Below the pieces are notes generated by a model. It was not told where the DNA came from. It ran no database searches and saw only the letters and a program-made list of their open reading frames with translations. A stretch of 32,000 nucleotides of DNA from Haloferax volcanii DS2 (lineage in GTDB: Archaea; Halobacteriota; Halobacteria; Halobacteriales; Haloferacaceae). The stretch spans positions 150,001-182,000 of the forward strand of contig NC_013967.1 of assembly GCF_000025685.1 (NCBI RefSeq), written 5' to 3'. Numbering within the stretch: the stretch's first letter is position 1; the number at the start of each line of letters is the position of its first letter. Position numbers and translations under genes: made by a program. Shown here in pieces: positions 1 to 8,944 of this stretch.

Positions 1-1178
1 TCGACGCCGACGCCGACGAGACGCTCGACGCCGCGGGCTGTCTCGTCACGCCCGGTCTGGTGAACGCCCACTGCCACGTGGCGATGACGCTCCTGCGCGG
101 CTACGCCGACGACAAGCCGCTCGACGCGTGGCTCCGCGAGGACATCTGGCCCGCGGAGGGCGCGCTCACGCCCGAGGACGTGCGCGCCGGCGCGGAACTC
201 GGCCTCGTGGAGATGATTAAGTCGGGGACCACCGGGTTCGCGGATATGTACTTCCACGTCCCCGAAATCGCCGCCGCGGTCGAGGAGGCCGGCCTCCGCG
301 CCCGCCTCGGCCACGGCGTCGTCACGCTCGGGAAGGACGACGCGGACGCGCGGGCCGACATCGACGAGAGCCTCGACGTGGCCCGCGAGTTCGACGGCGC
401 GGCGGACGGCCGGATTCGGACCGCCGCGATGCCGCACTCGCTGACGACGGTCGCGGAGGAGTACCTCCACGAGTTCGTCGCCGACGCCCACGACGAGGGC
501 ATCCCGGTCCACTACCACGCCAACGAGACGACCGACGAGGTCGACCCCATCGTCGACGAGCGCGGCGAGCGCCCGCTGTCGTACGCGAAAGACCTCGGCA
601 TGCTCACCGCCGACGACTTCCTCGCTCACGGCGTCCACGTCGACGACGCGGAAATCGACCTGCTCGCGGACGCGGGCACCGGCGTCGTCCACTGCCCGGC
701 GTCGAACATGAAGCTCGCCTCCGGCATGGCTCCCGTCCAGAAACTGCTCGACGCGGGCGTCACGGTCGGCCTCGGCACCGACGGCGCGGCCTCGAACAAC
801 GACCTCGACATGTTCGACGAGATGCGCGACGCCGCGATGCTCGGCAAACTCGCCGCCGAGGACGCCAGCGCCGTCGCCGCGCCCGACGTGGTACGGATGG
901 CGACCGCCGGCTCCGCCGCCGCCGTCGACCTCCCCGGCGGCGCGCTCGAAGTCGGCGGCGCGGCCGACCTCGCCGTCGTCGACCTCGACGCGCCGCATCT
1001 CACGCCCGCGAACGACCTCGTGAGCCACCTCGCGTACGCCGCCCGCGGCTCCGACGTTCGCCACACGGTCTGTGACGGGCGGGTGCTGATGCGGGACCGC
1101 GAGGTGCTGACGCTCGACGAGGACGCCGTGATGGCCCGCGCCCGCGAGGCGGTCGCGTCGCTCCGCGAGCGCGTCTGA
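1..1178 (+). CDS. mtaD: Amidohydrolase of the 5-methylthioadenosine/S-adenosylhomocysteine deaminase type (MtaD/DadD group); 5' end lies outside the window
   Basis: The frame of ORF 60..1178 stays open back to base 3 (DETLDAAGCLVTPGLVNAHCHVAMT), so the listed Met is internal. Amidohydrolase metal-ligand motifs are present: NAHCH, HYHANE, HGVHV, HCPASN, GLGTDGAASNN. Confidence 0.85.
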   Translation, partial: DADADETLDAAGCLVTPGLVNAHCHVAMTLLRGYADDKPLDAWLREDIWPAEGALTPEDVRAGAELGLVEMIKSGTTGFADMYFHVPEIAAAVEEAGLRARLGHGVVTLGKDDADARADIDESLDVAREFDGAADGRIRTAAMPHSLTTVAEEYLHEFVADAHDEGIPVHYHANETTDEVDPIVDERGERPLSYAKDLGMLTADDFLAHGVHVDDAEIDLLADAGTGVVHCPASNMKLASGMAPVQKLLDAGVTVGLGTDGAASNNDLDMFDEMRDAAMLGKLAAEDASAVAAPDVVRMATAGSAAAVDLPGGALEVGGAADLAVVDLDAPHLTPANDLVSHLAYAARGSDVRHTVCDGRVLMRDREVLTLDEDAVMARAREAVASLRERV

Positions 1179-1248
1179 ACCCCCCGTCCGGCCCGCCGCC
1201 GCCTCCGACTCGCCGCCGTCTGGTCCGGTCGCACCGCCCTCCAGCCTG

Positions 1249-1560
1249 CTACCCGGCCAGCTCGATGCGCAGTCCGTCGTCGGTCACGCTGACCTCCATG
1301 CGCTCGAACGTCCGGTGGTACTGCGCGACGTGTCGGCCGTCGCTGTGGTCGACCATGATGGACTTCTCGAACAGCGACGCCTCGTGAAGTCGCTTGACCT
1401 CCCGGTAGGCCGTCGACAGCGGCACGTCGGCCCGACAGCTCAGCTCCTTGACCGTCAGCGGCTCGTCGGCGACGCGGAGGAGGTCCGGAACTGCGGGGGC
1501 GCTCATCAGGGCGAACAACTCCTGTTCGGCGAGCGTCTTGCCGTTATCTATGACGAGCAT
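1249..1560 (-). CDS. Small winged-helix (ArsR/PadR-like) transcription regulator
   Basis: ORF 1249..1593 contains the HTH-like segment LTVKELSCRADVPLSTAYREVKRLHEASL. ATG at 1560 (MLVIDNG) is preferred; the GTG at 1593 remains possible. It is divergent from ahcY. Confidence 0.7.
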   Translation of the reverse strand: MLVIDNGKTLAEQELFALMSAPAVPDLLRVADEPLTVKELSCRADVPLSTAYREVKRLHEASLFEKSIMVDHSDGRHVAQYHRTFERMEVSVTDDGLRIELAG

Positions 1561-1658
1561 CGGCCCTCGGCGGTACAATCTCACGGTTGACACTTGTAGA
1601 TTCGGGGGCGGCGACCGCCTTCGGTAGGGTTTTCGGACCCCTCTCCGAACCCACGGGT

Positions 1659-2945
1659 ATGAGCGAACACTACGCTCCCGTCTCCGAGCACCTCGACGAC
1701 GTCGAGGCCGCCCGGACGGAGGGACGACGCAAGATGGACTGGGCGCTCCAGCACATGCCCATCCTGCAGGAGCTCCGCGAGCAGTTCGAGTCGGAACAGC
1801 CGCTCGCCGGCGAGGTCGTCGGCATGGCGATGCACGTCGAGGCGAAGACGGCGAACCTCGTCGAACTGCTGGCGCTCGGCGGCGCGGAAGTCGCCATCAC
1901 CGGCTGTAACCCGCTTTCGACCCACGACGACGTGTCGGCGGCGCTCGACGCCAACGACGACATCACCTCCTACGCCGTCCGCGGCGTCGACGAGGAGGGC
2001 TACTACGCGGCCATCGACGCCGTCATCGCCCACGAACCGACCGTCACGGTCGACGACGGCATGGACATGGTCTTCACCATCCACGAGGAGTACCCCGAAC
2101 TCATCGAGACCATCGTCGGCGGGGCCGAAGAGACCACGACCGGCGTCCACCGACTCCGCGCGATGGACGAGGACGGCGAACTGAACTACCCCGTCTTCGC
2201 CGTCAACGACACGCCGATGAAGCGCCTGTTCGACAACGTCCACGGCACGGGCGAGTCGTCTTTGGCCACCATCGCCATGACGACGAACCTCTCGTACGCC
2301 GGCAAGAACGTCGTCGTCGGCGGCTACGGCTACTGCGGCAAGGGCGTCGCCAAGAAGGCGTCCGGCCAGAACGCGAACGTCATCGTCACCGAGGTCGACC
2401 CCCGGCGCGCGCTCGAAGCCCACATGGAGGGCTACGACGTGATGCCGATGGAGGAGGCCGCGAAGGTCGGCGACGTGTTCATCACGACCACCGGCAACCG
2501 CGACGTCATCACCCGCGAGGACTTCGAGAACATGAAAGACGGCGTCCTGCTCGCCAACGCCGGCCACTTCGACATCGAAATCGACCTCGACGCGCTGTCG
2601 GACCTCGCGGTCGACGAGTACGAGGCCCGCGACGGCGTCGACGCCTACGAACTCGAAGACGGCCGCCGCCTGAACGTCCTCGCCGAGGGCCGCCTCGTCA
2701 ACCTCGCGTCGCCCATCGCGCTCGGCCACCCGGTCGAGGTCATGGACCAGTCGTTCGGCGTGCAGGCCGTCGTCGTCCGCGAACTCGTCGAAAACGGCGA
2801 CGACTACGACGCCGGCGTCCACGACGTGCCCGACGAACTGGACCGCGAAGTCGCCGAAATCAAGCTCGACGCCGAGGGCATCGAGTTCGACTCGATGACC
2901 GACGAACAGCGCGAGTACATGGGTAGCTGGGCCCACGGGACGTGA
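1659..2945 (+). CDS. ahcY: Adenosylhomocysteinase family (SAH or S-inosylhomocysteine hydrolase)
   Basis: AhcY signatures are present: EETTTGVHRL, the NAD-binding GGYGYCGKG, and AGHFDIEID. ATG at 1659 (MSEHYAPV) is preferred over 1587 because the extra 24 codons are non-acidic and overlap the divergent gene. Confidence 0.95.
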   Translation: MSEHYAPVSEHLDDVEAARTEGRRKMDWALQHMPILQELREQFESEQPLAGEVVGMAMHVEAKTANLVELLALGGAEVAITGCNPLSTHDDVSAALDANDDITSYAVRGVDEEGYYAAIDAVIAHEPTVTVDDGMDMVFTIHEEYPELIETIVGGAEETTTGVHRLRAMDEDGELNYPVFAVNDTPMKRLFDNVHGTGESSLATIAMTTNLSYAGKNVVVGGYGYCGKGVAKKASGQNANVIVTEVDPRRALEAHMEGYDVMPMEEAAKVGDVFITTTGNRDVITREDFENMKDGVLLANAGHFDIEIDLDALSDLAVDEYEARDGVDAYELEDGRRLNVLAEGRLVNLASPIALGHPVEVMDQSFGVQAVVVRELVENGDDYDAGVHDVPDELDREVAEIKLDAEGIEFDSMTDEQREYMGSWAHGT

Positions 2946-3017
2946 GCCGACCCGCGCTCTCTCTCGTTTCTCACAGCCGCCGCGCGTCAGCGACCGCGTT
3001 CGGCCCACTCGCCGGCG

Positions 3018-3350
3018 TTAGTGCGCGGCCATCTCCGAGAGGACGTTGACGCAGTAAATCCCGGCGAGGATGAGAAGCAGGCCGACGACGCCCGTCAGGT
3101 CGACCGGTTCGTCGAACGCGACGACGCCGATGGCCGCGACGCCGACGATGCCCAGCGCGGCCCACGTCCCGTACACCACGCCGATGGGGAGTTCTTCCAG
3201 CGTCAGCGAGACGAGGTAGAACGCGAGGCCGTAGCCGGCCACCACGCCGAGGCTCGGGAGAGGCTTCGAAAACCCTGCGGACAGTTTGAGCGCGGTCGTT
3301 CCGACGAGTTCCGACGCGATTGCGCCGGCGAGTAACACGTACGGGTTCAT
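3018..3350 (-). CDS. SMR-family small multidrug efflux protein (EmrE/QacE-like, 4 TM)
   Basis: MNPYVLLAGAIASELVGTTALK aligns with the EmrE N-terminus, including the essential membrane Glu. Four hydrophobic segments are present. Start set at 3350 rather than the ORF-track 3401. Confidence 0.9.
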   Translation of the reverse strand: MNPYVLLAGAIASELVGTTALKLSAGFSKPLPSLGVVAGYGLAFYLVSLTLEELPIGVVYGTWAALGIVGVAAIGVVAFDEPVDLTGVVGLLLILAGIYCVNVLSEMAAH

Positions 3351-3401
3351 GTCCGTCGGTCCCGCCACGACCCGGATGAGCGTTCTGCAATCGCCCGCCA
3401 C

Positions 3402-4259
3402 TTGCGGTCCGTTGCTCCCCGGTCAACAGGAACTATCAACTTACTAACCACCGGGCGACGGACACCTCCCCATGACCGAACTCGGGAACTAGGCCTGTCG
3501 ACCTACGAGGAGAAGGCGTACCGGACGCTCCTCGCCACGGGAGCCGCGACGGCCGCGACCGTCTCGGACGCGAGCGGCGTCCCGAACGGCCGGGTCTACG
3601 ACGTGCTCAACGGGCTTCGGTCGCGCCGACTGGTCCGCGCGCAGTCGACCCAGCCGACGCGGTACGCCGCCGTCGACCCGGGCGCGGCGGTCGAGCGACT
3701 GCTGGCCGAGCGCGCGGCGGAACTGCGCGAGGAGTGGACGCGATACCGCGACGTGGCCGACGCGGTCCGGTCGAACCTCCTGCCGACGCCGCCGGCGGAC
3801 GGGAGCGTCTGGCTCGGCCGCCTCGGCGGCGACGAGATGCGGACGGCGATGCACGAACACGTCCGGGCGGCGACCGAGTCCGTCTCCGCCGCGGTCGGCC
3901 CGCCGTACGAGCGGGCGTCGTGGGAGACGCTCAGAACCGAGTTCGACGCGTTCTTCGAGGGCGCTCGGGACGACCTCGGCGTGTCGCTGCTCCTCAGCGA
4001 CCCCGTGCTCGACTCGCTTCCCGACGAGTTTCGGGGCCTCGTGGCGTCGAAGCCCCAGACGGTTCGAATCCGCGTCCTGCCGCACCTGCCGGTCTCGTTC
4101 GACGTCGTCGACGAATCGGTCGCGTCGGTCGACATCCCGCACCCGCAGTCCGCCGCCGACCGCCTCGGCGTCGTCGTGGTGACGGACGCGGGCGTCGTCG
4201 ACGAGTTCGACCGCCAGTTCCGGGCGCTGTGGGGGGACGCCGTCCCGCTTTTCGAGTGA
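3402..4259 (+). CDS. TrmB-family transcription regulator; start unresolved (only a TTG at 3402 is in frame; a promoter-proximal ATG at 3472 is out of frame)
   Basis: N-terminal TrmB wHTH: LGLSTYEEKAYRTLLATGAATAATVSDASGVPNGRVYDVLNGLRSRRLV, followed by a TrmB-type C-terminal domain. See the finding on the start and frameshift. Confidence 0.85.
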   Translation: MRSVAPRSTGTINLLTTGRRTPPHDRTRELGLSTYEEKAYRTLLATGAATAATVSDASGVPNGRVYDVLNGLRSRRLVRAQSTQPTRYAAVDPGAAVERLLAERAAELREEWTRYRDVADAVRSNLLPTPPADGSVWLGRLGGDEMRTAMHEHVRAATESVSAAVGPPYERASWETLRTEFDAFFEGARDDLGVSLLLSDPVLDSLPDEFRGLVASKPQTVRIRVLPHLPVSFDVVDESVASVDIPHPQSAADRLGVVVVTDAGVVDEFDRQFRALWGDAVPLFE

Positions 4260-4331
4260 CGCCGCGCATCTCGTCTGCGCTCCCGGACGCCGGTCGCCCC
4301 ATTTATCACCGCCCGCGGCCGACTCCCGACC

Positions 4332-4754
4332 ATGTCTTCGAACAGAAAGGGAGACCGACGCGAGCGCGAACTCGTCAACGCTCTCGACGAGGCCGGCTTC
4401 GCCGTCATGCGCGCGCCCGCCTCCGGGAGCGCGACGACGCGCGAACTCCCCGACGTGCTCGCGGGCAACGGCGAGGTGTTCTACGCCATCGAGGCGAAGG
4501 CCTCCAGCGGCCGCCCCATCTACCTGAGCGGCGAGGAGGTCGAAGCGCTCGTCTACTTCTCGCGGAACTTCGGCGCGAAGGCTCGCATCGCCGTCCGGTT
4601 CGACCGCGAGGACTGGTACTTCTTCCACCCCGGCGACCTCTACGTGACCGACGGCGGGAACTACCGCGTCAAAAAGGAGACGGCGCTGGCGGAGGGCGAG
4701 GACTTCGAGTCGTTCACCGGCGGCCCGACGCAGACCAAACTCGGCGGCGACTGA
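4332..4754 (+). CDS. hjc: Holliday junction resolvase Hjc
   Basis: Archaeal Hjc pattern: [24 protein letters not shown]...PDVLAG...YAIEAKAS (E-D-E-K nuclease core). TATA-like CATTTATCAC lies about 30 nt upstream of the ATG. Confidence 0.9.
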
Positions 4755-4781
4755 GGTCGCGACGCGATTTTCCGCGCTCGC

Positions 4782-5471
4782 TCACGCCCGAGCGAGCCGC
4801 TCGCCGAGCGAGTTCGCGCCCACGAAGCCGCGCTCGACGCGGCTGAGCCGCGAGGCGGGGAACCGGTAGGCGTGCAGTTCACCGAGGTCGGAGAGACCGG
4901 CGTTCACCGGCAGCGAGTCGAGATAGACCGCCTCGAACGTCGGTTCGTGGTCGCCGTAGTCGGCGTTCGTCTCGTACGCCGAGACGAGGGTTCCCGTCTC
5001 CGTCGGCGTCTCGTCGGCGCGGGTGCCGAGCGCCCGCGTGACGACGAGGAGGCCGCCGCTCTCGCGGTCGCGGACGAGGTCGCCGGGGCGGTGGTCGTGG
5101 TCGCGACAGAGCTGCGGCCCCGTCGCGTCCATCGGAACGAACGTCTCGTCGCCGCAGACGGCGCAGGTGGCGCGCCGGCGGCCCGGCGGCGGGACCTCGC
5201 CGCGGGTGATTTCGATGGCGACCCGGCGGAGGTGCTTACAGCGGGCGTGCCGGATGGCGTTGTCGGGACAGGTGCAGGTGCGCGCCTCCACGTCGACGAC
5301 GTAGGTGCCGCCGTCGGTCTCGACGACGTAGCGACCGTCTCGGAGCGGCCGGACGGCCATCGGTTCGACGCGGGCGCGGCGGGCGCGCCCGGACAGTCCG
5401 TCCGACGGAAGCGTTGTCTTGCGGCGCACCGGGCGGCGAGTCGACGCGGGTGTGTGTGCGATGTGCGTCAT
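4782..5471 (-). CDS. SWIM zinc-finger domain protein
   Basis: SWIM motif CTCPDNAIRHARCKH (CxC..CxH), plus a second Cys pair CAVCGDE...C. Start at ATG 5471 (MTHIAH) is preferred because the 44 upstream codons have a clearly lower third-position GC. The full ORF to 5603 is not excluded. Confidence 0.72.
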   Translation of the reverse strand: MTHIAHTPASTRRPVRRKTTLPSDGLSGRARRARVEPMAVRPLRDGRYVVETDGGTYVVDVEARTCTCPDNAIRHARCKHLRRVAIEITRGEVPPPGRRRATCAVCGDETFVPMDATGPQLCRDHDHRPGDLVRDRESGGLLVVTRALGTRADETPTETGTLVSAYETNADYGDHEPTFEAVYLDSLPVNAGLSDLGELHAYRFPASRLSRVERGFVGANSLGERLARA

Positions 5472-5648
5472 GGTGGTGCGGGATTCCGACCCTCCCAGCG
5501 GCCGTTCGGGGTCGGTTTCCGTCACCTGCGTGTAGGTTCTCGAACGACCTAAACCCTCGTTTCGTGTGGAAAATCGGGCGCGTGAGTGGCTCTCGTCGGG
5601 CATCCGCTCATCGAAGACCTTTTAGAACGGCCGCGGATACGTCGTCGC

Positions 5649-5852
5649 ATGGCTATCGAAGCGGAGATGCGGCGGAAGATTGCCGTCTCCATCGTCGCGG
5701 TCGGGGTGTTTATCGCCCTCATCGTCGGCATCGGTGCGACCTACAACCAGAGTGGACTCGTCTCCACCGGCGGGCTCGCACTCGTCGGCGCTATCACGGC
5801 GTTCGTCCTCGTGATGGCTGGTATCGGCGTTTGGCTGTCGCGTTCTTCCTAA
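5649..5852 (+). CDS. Small membrane protein (2 TM), function unknown
   Basis: MAIEAEMRRKIAVSIVAVGVFIALIVGIG... has two hydrophobic helices. TATA-like CTTTTAGAA lies 25-30 nt upstream of ATG 5649. Confidence 0.55.
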   Translation: MAIEAEMRRKIAVSIVAVGVFIALIVGIGATYNQSGLVSTGGLALVGAITAFVLVMAGIGVWLSRSS

Positions 5853-5951
5853 TCCGGCTGGTCGGTTTCGACGACGGGTTCGCCGTCGCGCGGGCGCTCG
5901 ACACGCAGCGGCGGCGCTCGCGGGTCGGCTACGTCGTCAGCAAGGACTCCG

Positions 5952-7058
5952 TCAGTCGGCGGCTTCGTCCGCGGCGTCCGCGTCCGCGTCGTTCGTCGCC
6001 GTCTCGAAGTAGTTCATCGGGTGCTTGATGGTGTCACAGCGGTCGTCGCGGTTCACACAGAGGTCGTACGCCTGCATCGTCTCGCAGGTCGGCGGCGCGT
6101 ACTGCGACCCGCTCGAATCCGCGAGGACGGTCGCCCGCTTCTGCAACGCCTCGGCGGTTTCGTCGCCGACGACGCCCCCGACCTCATCGGGGTCGAGGCC
6201 GACGCCGACGAGGAACGCCGCGAGCGCGAACGCCGCCTCGTTCGGGAGCGACTCGCCCTCTCGCGCCCGCGCCAACAGCGCCTCGACGCAGGGCGGGAAG
6301 TGGTCGGGGTCCACCGCGTCGACGTAGACGACGTTGACCGCGCCGCGGTCCGAAAGCAGGTTCCGCAGGCGCTCGACGTGGGGTTTGAGCGCGTCGGCGA
6401 GTCGGTCGCCCGCGTCGCTGCCGCGGACGGCGAAGGGAAGCCCCTCTGCGACCCGGCGGCGGACCGCCTCGCGGAGCAGTTCCGAGAGCTCCTCGCGGGT
6501 GACGCGGACCGCGCCGTCGGCCAGCGAGCGGTTGACGAGCCGCCAGTCCGCGCCCCAGTCGGTGTCGGAGTAGGTGAGGTACGGTCCCACGTCGACCCAG
6601 TAGTTGTCGGGCGCGCGTCGGCTGTTCCGGTTCCGGTTCGACTCGGCCCGCACCGCGCCGTCGAGGTCGAACTCGCGGAGGAAGTCGTCGAGGCTCGCGC
6701 GGGCCTCACCGTGGACGTCGTCGTCGCCGGCGTCGAAGTCGGCGAGCATGCGCTCGTAGGACGTGTCGGCCTCGGCGCGGGCGTACTTGTCCACCGCCGC
6801 GGGCGTCTCGACGAGCGAGACGATGATGCGCGAGATGGGGTACGAAAGCAGTTCCGTCTTGGTCTCCCGCGGGTAGGCCTCGCCGGGGTCGGGTTCGACG
6901 GTGCCCTCCATGAGGGCGCGTTCGACGCGCTCGACGCCACGCTCGACGGCCGGGGCGTCCTCTGCGACGAGCGTCGCGATGGCGACGTCCGCCGATTCGA
7001 CCGCCTCTCTGGCCGCGGCGAAAAACGGGTATCGGGCGTGGAGCGGGCGCATCCGCAT
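5952..7058 (-). CDS. priL: DNA primase large (regulatory) subunit PriL
   Basis: N-terminus begins HARYPFF. The C-terminal Fe-S domain carries four Cys (PPCVEALL ... PPTCETMQAYDLCVNRDDRCDTIKHPMNYF). ATG at 7058 has TATA-like GCGTTTATCGG 25-30 nt upstream on the minus strand. Confidence 0.9.
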   Translation of the reverse strand: MRMRPLHARYPFFAAAREAVESADVAIATLVAEDAPAVERGVERVERALMEGTVEPDPGEAYPRETKTELLSYPISRIIVSLVETPAAVDKYARAEADTSYERMLADFDAGDDDVHGEARASLDDFLREFDLDGAVRAESNRNRNSRRAPDNYWVDVGPYLTYSDTDWGADWRLVNRSLADGAVRVTREELSELLREAVRRRVAEGLPFAVRGSDAGDRLADALKPHVERLRNLLSDRGAVNVVYVDAVDPDHFPPCVEALLARAREGESLPNEAAFALAAFLVGVGLDPDEVGGVVGDETAEALQKRATVLADSSGSQYAPPTCETMQAYDLCVNRDDRCDTIKHPMNYFETATNDADADAADEAAD

Positions 7059-7201
7059 ACCGCCACGTTCCGGGTGCCCACCGATAAACGCGACGGATTC
7101 GGCGGTGGCGGCGTGGGCCGTGCGGCCGAGTCTCGCACCCGCTCCGCCGCGACGACGGCGCATCACACAACCTATTACCGACCACTTCCTCAGGCTCTCA
7201 C

Positions 7202-7795
7202 GTGCCGCACTTCGATTACCCGTGTCCGGACTGCCGCGCCACGACCAGTCTCCACGACGCCGACTGCCGCTTCGAGGGGACCCCGTGGGTCGAAGTCGAG
7301 CGGGCCTACGTCGACATCGTCTCCGTTCTCGCGGGCGGCCCGTGCGACGAGGAGACGCTCCGCCGCGAAGCGCCGGGCGAGTGGGGGCCGCTCCAACAGG
7401 CCGCGCTCCGCCGACTCAAGCGCGACGAGCGGGTGTCGGACGCGAATTCGGGCGTCCTCCGACTGCGCACCGCCGAGGAGTTCAGAGAGGAGGTCTCGGA
7501 GCCGACCCGGGAGCCGATGCGGACGCTCCACCAGTACGGGAGCGTCCCCGGCTGTCACGACAACGCCGTCTTCGCCATGATAGCGTGGTACGAGATGGTC
7601 GGCCTGTCGTGGCCCGAGACGCGCGAAAACGTCGTCAACTGGCTCCGCGACACCGGCGCGTGGGACCGCGGCGGCTTCGAGGAGGCGACGCCCGCCGAAC
7701 TCGTCGAGAAGAAGCGCCACGTCTACGAGGCGGGCTACGGCTGGAAGGAAAAGGCCGTCTCGGCCAAGCGCGTCATCGACCGCTACCGCTCTTGA
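7202..7795 (+). CDS. Conserved-looking zinc-knuckle protein of unknown function (CxxC-x6-H-x3-C N-terminus, Trp-rich helical C-terminal domain)
   Basis: The single long ORF has an acidic composition. The GTG start has TATA-like AACCTATTACC 25-30 nt upstream. The N-terminal motif is CPDCRATTSLHDADC. I recognise no family. Confidence 0.7.
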   Translation: MPHFDYPCPDCRATTSLHDADCRFEGTPWVEVERAYVDIVSVLAGGPCDEETLRREAPGEWGPLQQAALRRLKRDERVSDANSGVLRLRTAEEFREEVSEPTREPMRTLHQYGSVPGCHDNAVFAMIAWYEMVGLSWPETRENVVNWLRDTGAWDRGGFEEATPAELVEKKRHVYEAGYGWKEKAVSAKRVIDRYRS

Positions 7796-7927
7796 GTCGA
7801 CGCCGCGACCGAACCGCGTCATCGCGGCCGACGAGTCGGGCGGCGCGGTCGCTGACCGGTGAGAATCGAGAGAAACGAGTGGGACGGCTCGGTGGTCGGA
7901 CAACGACGCGGCCGCCGAAACGTCCGC

Positions 7928-8671
7928 TCAGTCGCTCTGGATGCGCGGGGCGAGCATGTACGTGATGGTGCCCATCCCCTCAGCGATTTGGTAGTGAAGC
8001 TTGACCGGGAACTCCTCGCCGAGTTCGACGGTGACCTCGGCGTCGGTCGGAATCGCCTTGTTCATGTCTTTGAGATAATCGAGCGAGAACAGCGAGTCGG
8101 CCGCGCCGGCTTCGATGCTGATGAGGTCCGCCGGGGGAAGCGACAGGTCCACGTCGTCGGTGTCGCCTTCGGCCTCGATGTGGAACGTCTCTTCGGCGCC
8201 GTCGACGCGGAGGCGGATGTGGTCCGAAACCATGTCGGCCGCCTTGATACCGCGGTCGAGGTGCGTCCCTTCGAGGACGATGTTCGCTGCGAGGTCGAGG
8301 TCCGGAATGTCGGGCTCCTGGCGAATCGAGTCGGGGTCGATGAGCGCGAGCGTGTACGACAGCCCGTCGATGCGGATGTTGAGCTTGCGCGTCTCCTCGT
8401 CGAGCGTGAGGTGGATGAGGTCGCCCGCGCCCGCCATCCCGGCGACCTCTTCGAGGCGCGAGAGGTTGACACCGATGACGCCGCCGTGGGCTTCGTAGGA
8501 TTCGAACGCCGCCGCGTCGAGCGTGAGGTCCACCATGCCGACGTTCGCGGGGTCGACGGCGCGGATGGAGAGGCTCTCCTCGTTGAGTCGAATCTTACAC
8601 TCGTCGACGAGGACGCTCACGGAGTCGAGCGCGTCCCGGAGCGTCGCGGCGCTCACGATGGCCTTGAACAT
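7928..8671 (-). CDS. pcnA: DNA polymerase sliding clamp PCNA
   Basis: Full-length 247-aa PCNA ([29 protein letters not shown]...). It matches my memory of the Haloferax volcanii PCNA sequence. TATA-like TATTTTTAAG lies upstream on the minus strand. Confidence 0.97.
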   Translation of the reverse strand: MFKAIVSAATLRDALDSVSVLVDECKIRLNEESLSIRAVDPANVGMVDLTLDAAAFESYEAHGGVIGVNLSRLEEVAGMAGAGDLIHLTLDEETRKLNIRIDGLSYTLALIDPDSIRQEPDIPDLDLAANIVLEGTHLDRGIKAADMVSDHIRLRVDGAEETFHIEAEGDTDDVDLSLPPADLISIEAGAADSLFSLDYLKDMNKAIPTDAEVTVELGEEFPVKLHYQIAEGMGTITYMLAPRIQSD

Positions 8672-8944
8672 ATGTGCCGTCGTACGACAGCGGTCTTAAA
8701 AATACTCCTGATTTGGACTCATCGCAATATGATGTTCGCACGCTCTCCCGCGTGCGCGCTCCCGCGAGCACCCCACCGTTCCCCTCGGCTCTCCATGGGT
8801 GTTGTTGTCACTGTCTTCGTACATAGCTAACCCGACGATTTCGAGGGTTTCGGGCTTCAAAGCACTCAAATAGCTGATTGTGTAACTCCAGGCCATGGCG
8901 AACGAGGAGACGAACCCAGCCGCCCGCCGACGAGGTGCCGAGCG

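Noticed and set aside
1581-3008. A 475-aa minus-strand ORF antisense to ahcY. Similar long antisense or overlapping ORFs occur at 3489..4628, 6021..7580, 7859..8830, 12025..13776, 14567..17887, 22515..24122, 24862..25914 and 28753..29829.
   Set aside because: These are shadow ORFs of the kind expected in about 67 percent GC DNA, where stop codons are rare. They are Arg/Gly/Val/Asp-rich low-complexity sequences with no recognisable motifs. Each lies opposite a gene with strong family signatures.
4061-4071. GGTTCGAATCC, a tRNA T-arm-like motif.
   Set aside because: It lies inside the TrmB-family CDS. The flanking bases do not form a T-stem or acceptor stem, and no cloverleaf can be drawn.
5472-5603. 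The longer N-terminus of the SWIM protein (start at 5603).
   Set aside because: Third-position GC is clearly lower than in the rest of the gene, and the composition is basic. It is kept as an alternative because a TATA-like element near 5618-5627 could serve either strand.
8696-8896. A 66-codon minus-strand ORF (MAWSYTISYLSALK...) in the pcnA / arsC spacer.
   Set aside because: Many codons end in A/T, unlike every confident gene here. It would also run through the pcnA promoter, and it has no motifs.
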